A stretch of 64,000 nucleotides of DNA from Octopus sinensis (taxonomy: Eukaryota). Both the position numbers and the translations under genes were made by a program. Positions 39,101 to 47,810 of the stretch are shown here, one piece after another. The notes beneath the pieces are model-generated. The model was given only the letters and a program-made list of their open reading frames with translations. It did no database searches and was not told the DNA's origin. Position 1 is the stretch's first letter, and the number at the start of each line of letters is the position of its first letter. The stretch spans positions 13,577,360-13,641,359 of the forward strand of contig NC_043019.1 in NCBI RefSeq assembly GCF_006345805.1, in the 5' to 3' direction.

Positions 39101-39190
39101 CATATGGCGTAGCGGTTAAGAGCGCAGGCTACTAACCCCAAGATTCCAAGTTCGATTCCAAATAGTGACCTGAACAATAATAATAATAAC
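39101..39190 (+). mobile_element. Second head of the same tRNA-headed element, head-to-head with the first
   Basis: CATATGGCGTAGCGGTTAAGAGCGC...AGTTCGATTCC...(AAT)n, the reverse complement of 39015-39099. Confidence 0.75.
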
Positions 39191-39538
39191 ACTTGGTAAT
39201 GTCGTCCTAGATACATTATGCCTGAAAATAAATTTGGTGAATACAGTCCCATCTGGAGCATCTTTGACCAATGTTGGATCAGACGTAACCTTGGGCTAAT
39301 AAGCCCGCAACCACGACAATAGCATCATCATCAAATATTTCCAATCATTCAAATTAGTACCCTCGCCCTGCCATGACCACTCCTCCTGACATGAACAACC
39401 ACAGACTTCCTGACTGACACATTGGTTATGTTTACACAGTTGTCATAATTAGTGGCTTTGAGCGTAAATATTGGCAGTTCTATTATTGGGAGATTTCAAC
39501 AAGAAATTTGATTAGTTGTAATGATTTATCAGTGTGTG

Positions 39539-39579
<41 letters not shown>

Positions 39580-39959
39580 ATAGAGAGAGAGAGAAATATG
39601 TACATACATATAGATACATGTGTACATACATATGGCAAGATATCTTGAAATAATACTGAATAATGACACAATGCATACATAGACCCAGAGAGAGAGATGA
39701 TATATATATATGTGTGATTTATAGATGTTGTGTGTATACACATATGATACAGAGAGCAATGATATATGTAATTTATAGAAGATATATGCCTGTGTGTGTA
39801 TATATATATATATATATTAGTGTACATTTAAGTACAAAGAGGCAAACAGGTTGCCTAACATACTAGAAAGAACAGTCAAAATGTCGAAACCACAGTTAAG
39901 AGCAATTTTGAAGGGAATGAAATATATATATATATAAATTATAGAATTATAATTATATG

Positions 39960-40070
39960 AAGAGAATTCACAAAAAAAAAACAAAAGACGAAGACAGGTG
40001 GTGTAGACAATAAACAGATGTATTAGTATAACGCTCAGGAAGTGAAAAAGTCTTTAATGTTTCGAGCCTT
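39960..40070 (-). mobile_element. Truncated copy of the 33930 repeat family
   Basis: gagaattcacaaaaaa...gacaggtggtgt...ataacgctc...gtttcgagcc aligns with 33937-34040. Confidence 0.65.
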
Positions 40071-40230
40071 TACCACTATCATACATATAGAGGGGAAAGG
40101 AGCAGGAAGAGTCCAATTTTAGCAGGGAGATATTGAGACAGAGACAGTTCAGATATCAGTATGATTACTCTGTTGTATATTTGTTTTTGTTTATTTAATT
40201 TATTTTTTTTCTCTTTTTCTGTTTTTTTAG

Positions 40231-40329
40231 ATTTTAGTTATCTGGCACTGTGATGTTTCTCCCCCTCCTCCCCGCAAGTGGCCTTCAGATCTTGCTGTCC
40301 CTATTCTGGTCAAGACTAGAAATATCAAG
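40231..40329 (+). CDS. EXT1: Exostosin-1 exon (99 nt): ILVIWHCDVSPPPPRKWPSDLAVPILVKTRNIK
   Basis: Long pyrimidine tract and ttttag acceptor, gtttgt donor. Matches EXT1 IIVLWNCDKPLP..RWP..AVPVVV. This frame is not in the supplied ORF track. Confidence 0.92.
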
Positions 40330-40342
40330 GTTTGTATCCATC

Positions 40343-40413
<71 letters not shown>

Positions 40414-40419
40414 TCCTTT

Positions 40420-40640
40420 CTCTTTACTCTCTCTCTCTCTCTCTGACTTTTACTCTTTCCTCTTCTCTCTCTGACTTTTACTCCTTCCTCTTCTCTCTCT
40501 GACTTTTACTCCTTCCTCTTCTCTCTCTCTCTGACTTTTACTCCTTCCTCTTCTCTCTCTCTCTGACTTTTACTCCTTCCTCTTCTCTCTCTCTCTGACT
40601 TTTACTCCTTCCTCTTCTCTCTCTGACTTTTACTCCTTCC
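40420..40640. repeat. Pyrimidine minisatellite (ctgacttttactccttcctctt(ct)n), about 7 copies, following (CT)n
   Basis: Direct reading. Confidence 0.9.
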
Positions 40641-40961
40641 TCTTCTATCTCCCTCTCTTTTTTGTCTCTTCTTGACACCCCCTCTTGCAGATTTCACACA
40701 AAAACACACAAATACACACATCATTATTTTATCATTACAGTTATTACCTCTGTTGTTGACACTATTATTATCATCACTATCCTTACACTGTTACTAAATC
40801 ATTACCACTCTTTACCCTATTTTTACCATTGTCATTACCACTCATTATACTCTTCTTACCACTGTCATTATACTATCATTACTACTCACTTCAATGTCAT
40901 TATCGGTCCTTACCACTTTATTACTACTGACACTATTGCACTATTATTATTATCACTGTTG

Positions 40962-41387
40962 AAGGCGGTGAGCTGGCAGAAAGGTTAGCACACCAGGCGA
41001 AATGCTTAACGGTATTTCGTCTGCTGTTACGTTCTGAGTTCAAATTCCGCCGAAGTCGACTTTGCTTTTCATCCTTTTGGGGTCGATATAATTAAATACC
41101 AGTTATGCACTGGGGTCGATATAATTGACTTAATCCATTTGTCTGTCCTTGTTTGTCCCCTCTGTGTTTAGCCCCTTGTGGATAGTAAAGAAATAGGTAT
41201 TTCGTCTGCCATTACATTCTGAGTTCAAATTCCGGCAAGGTCGACTTTACCTTTCATCCTTTCAGGGTCGATTAAATAAATAAGTACCAGTTACGCACTG
41301 GAGTCAAAGTAATCGACTTAATTCCTTTGTCTGTCCTTGTGTGTCCCCTCTATGTTTAGCTTCCCCTGTGGGCAATAAAGAAATAAT
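40962..41387 (+). mobile_element. SINE-B dimer (headed plus headless unit)
   Basis: Junction aaagaaata|ggtatttcgtctg at ~41195; flanked by attattatcactgt on both sides. Confidence 0.85.
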
Positions 41388-41840
41388 TATTATCACTGTC
41401 ATTATAATGTTATTACCTCTATCATTACGACTCTCATTGCCCTATTATTACTATTGACTTTACCATTGTCATTACCCTGTCATTGTCACTGTCATTATGC
41501 TATCATTACCGTTGTCCTTACCACAGTTATTAGCAATTACTACTGCTCTCATTATGCTGTCCTTACCACACTCATTACCACTTTTACTTCCACTATCATT
41601 GCCACTTTCTCGCTACAGTTATTACCACTTTCATTACAATTCTTATTGCCCTGTTATTACCACTATCGCTGACTGTATTATCATTATATTGTTATCAAGT
41701 CATTACCATTCATTATGCTCTCCTTACTGCTCTCATCATATTATCATTACCACTCCTTTCTGTGTCATTGTCAGTCCTTACCACTGTATTGCCACTGACA
41801 TTGGCACTGTTATTGTCACTGTCATTACATTACATTACAC

Positions 41841-42070
41841 CACAGGAGCAGGGACAGCCGAGGAGGGACGGATTCGGTCAGCAGAGCAGAAACGCCAGAT
41901 GCGGAAAGCCAGAGCCGCCTGCACCAGTAGCACGGCCCCTACCCACTTCTGCCCCACCTGTGGGAGGGGCTTCCTTGCTCGGATTGGCCTCACCAGCCAC
42001 CTCCGGTCTCATAGCGGCAGTTCCACCAGATGATGTCAGTGGTCATCTTCGAACCCGAAGGACGAACATT
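41841..42070 (+). mobile_element. RTE/BovB-like LINE 3' end with C-terminal C2H2 finger
   Basis: AEQKRQMRKAR...CPTCGRGFLARIGLTSHLRSH*, then a short 3' UTR. 12-bp TSD attacattacac at 41829-41840 and 42071-42082. Confidence 0.85.
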
Positions 42071-42256
42071 ATTACATTACACTGATATTACCCTGTTATT
42101 ACTTATATCATTACCATTGTCCTTACTGCTATCATTGCCACTATCTTCACTCATTATAACCACTCATTACAATTCTCATTGTTCTGTCATTACTACTATC
42201 CTTGACATTATTATTATTACTATCATTACAATGTTATTACCATTATCTCCTTACAG

Positions 42257-42346
42257 TCCATCAGTGCACGGTTCTTCCCCTACAGAGATGTAGAAACAGA
42301 TGCTGTGTTCAGTTTGGATGAAGATGTACTTCTCAATACAGATGAG
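42257..42346 (+). CDS. EXT1: Exostosin-1 exon (90 nt): SISARFFPYRDVETDAVFSLDEDVLLNTDE, carrying the GT64 DxD motif (DED)
   Basis: ttacag acceptor, gtaagt donor. Matches EXT1 MSSRFLPY..I.TDAVLSLDED. Confidence 0.95.
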
Positions 42347-42572
42347 GTAAGTAGCAAGGGTGGTGGAAGATGTTACAGTGGTGGTGGGTGGGTGGGTGGG
42401 TGGATGGGAGAAGGACAGGTATTTAATATTTAAAATTACGCAAATATTTAAAAATACATTGGCATTTTAGAAATATATAAATACATAAATAGATATAAAA
42501 ATAGATATAAAAAGAAACTTTGATATGATATAAGATAAAAACTCATAGGTATTTAAAAATATTCAAAAATGC

Positions 42573-42947
42573 TCTCTTTACTCTTTTACTTGTTTCAGTC
42601 ATTTGACTGCGGCCATGCTGGAGCACCGCCTTTAGTCGAGCAAATCGACCCCGGGACTTATTCTTTGTAAGCCCAGTACTTATTCTATCGGTCTCTTTTG
42701 CCGAACCGTTAAGTGACAGGGACATAAACATACCAGCATCGGTTGTCAAGCAATGCTAGGGGGACAAACACACAAACACATATATATACGACAAGGCTTC
42801 TTTCAGTTTCCGTCTACCAAATCCACTCACAAGGCTTTGGTTGGCCTGAGGATATAGCAGCAGACACTTGCCCAAGATGCCACGCAGCAGTGGGACTGAA
42901 CCCGGTACCATGTGGTTGGTAAGCAAGCTACGTACCACACACGCAGG
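42573..42947 (-). mobile_element. SINE-A, near full length, antisense
   Basis: Reverse complement of the 37322 copy with the same subfamily diagnostics. Confidence 0.88.
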
Positions 42948-43394
42948 CAAAATATAAAACATCAACATACTGTAAGACTTATTGAATCAATAATTCACGC
43001 GATAAGATACAAGGTAATTAAGATTCACAAGTTACAACATGGAGTAAGGCGACACTTACTAAAGGTGTCACACAGTGGGACTGAACCCAAAACCAGGTAG
43101 TTGGAAAGCTAACCTATTACCAACATCCTTTTAGGAATACCAATGTGAAACCAACGAGAGAGCTTTTACGTGGTCACTTGATCCGCTAGAAATAGCAGCT
43201 ATGTTACCCTGCTATCTTAGGGGAAAGACAGCATGGTTGATGTGGTGTTGGGTCACCTGCTAGAAGTAGCAGCTAAGTCTCCCAACAGTTTTAAAAGACA
43301 GACAGGCAGGCAGACAACTGGATTGGATGATGTTGTCTTGGTTTGCTGTATCTTGGGGGAAAAAGGACATGATGGCTGTGTCTGGATTGTCGTC

Positions 43395-43778
43395 TTTTGT
43401 CAGACTGTGGCCATGCTGGGGCACTGCCTTGAATTTTTAGCCAAATGAACCAACCCCAGTACTTATTTTTTAAGCTTCGCACTTATTCTATCATTCGCTT
43501 TTCCTGAACTGCTAAGTTACAGGAATGTAAACACACCAACACCAGTTGTGAAGCGGTAATGGGTGGACAGGCACAAAGACACACACTGATAGATTTATAT
43601 ATATATATATATATACAACGGGCTTCTTTCAGTTTCCGTCTACCATGTCCACTCGCAAGGCTTTGGTCGGCCCAAGGCTATAGTAGAAGGCACTTGCCCA
43701 AGGTGCCATGTTGTGGGACTGAACCCAGAACCATGTGGTTGGGAAGCAAGCTCCTTACCACACAGCCACTCCTGTGCT
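43395..43778 (-). mobile_element. SINE-A, diverged, antisense
   Basis: Reverse-complement match to the family. Confidence 0.8.
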
Positions 43779-43926
43779 ATTTCAGTCAGGACTGACCAGG
43801 GGCTAAACAACAAAAACAAAGGCATGGTGGTGGTGGTGGTACGTACTCATTTCTAATTAACTTAGACATCTGTTGAACAATTTTTAATTGCTAATTTGAT
43901 TTTGTTTTTTTACTTCTTCTTTCCAG

Positions 43927-44087
43927 ATTGATTTTGCCTTTTCTACTTGGAGGGAATTCCCTGAACGTATTGTGGGCTACCCGGCCCGGAACCATTTCTG
44001 GGATGACTCTCACGCGAAATGGAGTTACACTTCCAAGTGGACAAATGATTTCTCCATGGTTCTCACTGGGGCAGCAATATACCACAG
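43927..44087 (+). CDS. EXT1: Exostosin-1 exon (161 nt, phase 0/2): [53 protein letters not shown](R)
   Basis: ttccag acceptor, gtaccc donor. Near-identical to the EXT1 motif [14 protein letters not shown]...[20 protein letters not shown]. Confidence 0.97.
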
Positions 44088-44224
44088 GTACCCACTTTTT
44101 TTTTTTGTTTTGGGGTTTTTTTTTGTACTTTTTTCTTTTCCCTTGTGTTGGAGCACCACCTTAAGGCTTTTTTAGTTAAAGACTTATTTTTTGTAAAAAA
44201 AAAAAAAGTTCCTTCTCGAGCCAT

Positions 44225-44455
44225 GTCAGGATCATAAGGGCCGGTTTCCCGGTTCTGGTGGCCTAGAAAATCCCCACCTGGACGGGACGCCGGTCCATCG
44301 CAGGATTACTCATTTTTGCCAGCTGAGTGGACTGGAGCAACGTGAAAATGAAGTGTTTTGCTCAAGAACAAAACACATTGCCCGGTCCTGGAATCGAAAC
44401 TGCAATCTTATGATCATGATGCTGACGCCCTAACCACTAAGCCACGCACCTCCAC
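44225..44455 (-). mobile_element. tRNA-derived SINE sharing the type-1-like tail but with a different middle domain
   Basis: Head GTGGAGGTGCGTGGCTTAGTGGTTAGGG...GTTTCGATTCC; middle TTGAGCAAAACACTT...CAGTCCACTCAGCTG. Confidence 0.7.
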
Positions 44456-44459
44456 TATT

Positions 44460-44562
44460 TTTTTGTAAGCCTAGTACTTAGTCTATCAGTCTCTTTTCCT
44501 CAACCACTAAGTTACAGGGACATAAACGAACCAGAATTTGTGGTCATGTGAAAGCGGGAGGA

Positions 44563-44630
<68 letters not shown>

Positions 44631-44810
44631 TATATATATATATACACACACGATAGGCTTGTTTCAGTTTCCATCTGTCAAATTCACCCACAAGGCTTTG
44701 GTTGACCTGAGGCTATAGCAGAAGACACTTGCCAGAGGTGCCACGCAGTGGGACTGAACCCAGAACCATGTGGTTGGGAAGCAAGCTTCTTACCTCATAG
44801 CCACACCTAT
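44460..44810 (-). mobile_element. SINE-A, diverged, antisense
   Basis: Reverse-complement match with an expanded (CA)n/(TA)n. Confidence 0.78.
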
Positions 44811-44910
44811 CTGAAGGATTTTTTTTTTTTTTGTTTCTTCTTTCTACAAACTGACACAGGTTGTGAACCACTGATGGGGGACACAGACACATACACATTT
44901 ATATATATAT

Positions 44911-45191
44911 AAAAATTAGAAAAAAAACACCTTTTATCAATTCAAAATGAACAATTAAATTATACCATCTTGAAAATTACTTGTAATAGAAATATTAAAA
45001 TTAAAATAACAATGAAATACCAATGATAAAGTAAATTGCAAAAAAATAATTATATACGTTTTTATTATTTTTTTGCAATTTACTTTATGATTGGTATTTT
45101 ATTTTTATTTTAATATTTCTATTATATGTAATTTTCCAGATGGTGTAATTTAATTGTTCATTTTGAATTGATAAAAGGTGTTTTTCTTCTA

Positions 45192-45197
<6 letters not shown>
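44911..45197. mobile_element. AT-rich fold-back (palindromic) element embedded in (TA)n
   Basis: ~135-140-bp inverted arms (44911-45050 and 45064-45197) with a 13-nt loop. Confidence 0.85.
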
Positions 45198-45234
<37 letters not shown>

Positions 45235-45314
45235 TGTGTGAAATTTGATTTAGTATTTCTAAATTGAATTTTTTTTCCCTGTAAGTTAGGATTAATATTC
45301 CCTCATATTATTAT

Positions 45315-45348
<34 letters not shown>

Positions 45349-45558
45349 AAGCGACGCTCAGCTTCTGTCAGTTTTTGTCAAGTATTTGGTTGGCCTAGTG
45401 CTATAATAGGGGACACTTGCCCAAGGTGTTACATAGTGGGACTGAACCTGGAACTATGTTGAATGTAAGCAAACATCTAACCACACAGCCATGACTGTGC
45501 CTATGTGTTCATATTCTTAAACTTTTTGTTATAATCCCTTTTCTTTTCTCTTTTGCAG

Positions 45559-45922
45559 GTACTACAACTACCTGTACAGTAATCTGCTCAACAAGTACCC
45601 CGTAAAAGCAGTAGTGGACCAGTTACAGAACTGTGAAGACATCCTCTTCAACTTTCTAGTCAGCCATATTAATAGGGTCCCGCCCATCAAAGTCACCCAA
45701 CGCAAACTCTACAAGGAGTCTATGATACCGAACACGAGCGGAAAGCCGTCAGTCTGGCTGAACACACAGCATTTCATCCAGAGACAGTCTTGTATCCACA
45801 ACTTCACGAACACTTTTGGATACATGCCCCTCATTCGGTCCAAGCTACGCATGGATCCGATCTTCTTCAAGGACCCTGTATCCAATTTACGCAAAAAATA
45901 CCGTCAAATAGAGCTCGTCTAG
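45559..45922 (+). CDS. EXT1: Exostosin-1 last coding exon: (R)YYNYLYSNLLNKYPVKAVVDQLQNCEDILFNFLVSH...MDPIFFKDPVSNLRKKYRQIELV*
   Basis: ttgcag acceptor in phase 2 completes an AG/G Arg codon. Contains the NCEDI motif. The C-terminus FKDPVSNLRKKYRQIE is EXT1-type (human FKDQVSILRKKYRDIERL) rather than EXT2-type. Stop TAG at 45920-45922. Confidence 0.97.
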
Positions 45923-45927
45923 TTACT

Positions 45928-45955
45928 AATAAATAATAAAATAAAATAAAATAAA
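45928..45955 (+). promoter_or_regulatory. Cluster of AATAAA hexamers just after the EXT1 stop (candidate proximal poly(A) signal)
   Basis: Overlapping AATAAA copies from 45928, followed by an A-rich tract. Actual use is unknown. Confidence 0.35.
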
Positions 45956-46585
45956 TACATAAATGAAAATTTAAAAAAAAAAAAAAAGAAAAAAATTAAA
46001 CAAAAAGCTTCGGTGAAAAAAACTGAAGTTTAACAAGAATTCTCTGTGCCAGGTGCTGCCGTTTTTTTTTTTTTTTTTTTTTTTTACCTGTTTCTTTCTC
46101 TCTCCGAAAGTTCCTTGCACTCCATTACTCCCCCACCGCTATCCACACCACCATTCTTTCAAAATATCAGGAAAAAAATGATTTTCAAAAAAAAAAAATA
46201 ATAAAACAAAAAAAAAGGGTCAAAATCAAATTATCATAATAATCAATCAATCAACCAACCAATCAAACAAAATCAATCAAAAACTATATATAAACAATGT
46301 TGGGTCCAGCAAATAAGAAAAAAACCCTCCGTTCCTCCCTCCTGCATACCCACCGATTAATCCCTAAAAAAAAAATATATATATAAATTCTGTTCTTTCA
46401 GGATTCAGTTCAAAATTTATTTTCTTTATTTTGATTTTTTTTAATATTTTCTACCATTTATATATTTTTTTAGCCTTTCTTTTTTTTTTAGTTGATCAAA
46501 AAATTGTTTTTTATTCATTTCCATTTCCATCTACATACATGTTCCATACAGACACAAAAATGGTATATATGTGTGTATATAAATC

Positions 46586-46620
<35 letters not shown>

Positions 46621-46625
<5 letters not shown>

Positions 46626-46905
46626 GAATAAGGGTAGAAATTGATATTAATCAATTAAAACCAATGGCCTAGCATATTTAAAAAAATCCAAAGATTAAAC
46701 ATTTTTTTTACATACAAAATTTAGAGGAATGACCACTAAAAGTGGACATCCTGTATGCTAGATATAGACGTCAAAATCGCCATTTTCCACGGAGAATGTG
46801 TTCTCAAGAAAAAAAAAATTCTCCGTTGAAAATGGCGATTTTGACGTCTATATCTAGCATACAGGCTGTCCACTTTTAGTGGTAATTCCTCTAAATTTTG
46901 TGTGT
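46621..46905. mobile_element. Fold-back element between (TA)n tracts downstream of the EXT1 stop
   Basis: 88-bp inverted arms at 46710-46797 and 46818-46905 with four mismatches. Confidence 0.85.
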
Positions 46906-47030
46906 GTATATATATATATATATATATCATGAACACTGATGCATCATTGTAATTGTATTGCTCCTTCGATGATGAGTGGATGGAGGAGAACTGCCTTGTG
47001 AAAATAATTAAAGTTTAATTTTCTTTTATT

Positions 47031-47061
<31 letters not shown>

Positions 47062-47224
47062 TTGGAGATTTAAACAATGGTGTGAGAGCTTTGTAAATTA
47101 ACCAAAATTCTATCTAAGGGGTGATAGAAATATCCTATTTTTTAATTATTAAAAAGCTTTACTATTGGCATGTAAGTGGTGATTGGAAAGTTACAGACCC
47201 ACCGTGCGAAAATTTGAGTCAATA

Positions 47225-47810
47225 ATTTGATATCTTACTGAGGACAGCCTGCATTCTGTTTGCCAAGACAAAGATTACTTTAATTCTCACTGGCTCAGTG
47301 CATCTACTTGTAAATAGGTAGTGTGAGGAGGTACGCTACCAAATAGGCAATTGTTGGGTGAGGGTGTTACTCACCATGCTTAAGTTAAAGTCGTCAGTTT
47401 GATAATCTACTGAGGGTGACCTGCACTATGTTCCTCCAGATCAACTCTCACTGGCTCAATGCATCTACTTGTAAATAGGTACTGTGTGAAGGTACAACTA
47501 GCAGATGAGCAATGAATGATTGTTGGATAGGGACATTAACCATGGTACTTTAAGAGGTTTCAGTTTATCTACTGAAAGATGAGCTGCGCTATGTTCCTTA
47601 AGATCAGCTCTCACTGGCTCAGTGCATTTATTTGCGAATAGGCACTGTGTGGAGGTACAACTAGCACATAGGCAATGAATGAGTGTTGGGTGGGGGCATT
47701 ACTCACCATGCTTAAGAGCCATCAGTCTGGTTATCTACTTAAAGAGGAGCTGCACTATGTGCCTCAAGATCAACTCTCACTGGCTCAATGCATTTACTAG
47801 TACATAACCA
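47225..47810. repeat. Diverged ~163-bp tandem repeat, about 3.6 copies
   Basis: Anchor ctcactggctca(g/a)tgcat at 47286, 47447, 47610 and 47776. Confidence 0.85.

Larger units (their letters stand above)
9379..45922 (+). other. EXT1: EXT1 gene body, 5'-partial (six coding exons; introns of about 28.3, 2.2, 1.9, 1.6 and 1.5 kb)
   Basis: The exons splice into one stop-free frame. I found no exon encoding the preceding ...LPFSEVIDW...DERLLLQ segment in 1-9378, so it probably lies upstream of the window. Confidence 0.9.

Noticed and set aside
39101-39170. Functional tRNA gene
   Set aside because: It has A and B boxes but no complete acceptor stem, and it continues into repeat sequence; it is a SINE head.
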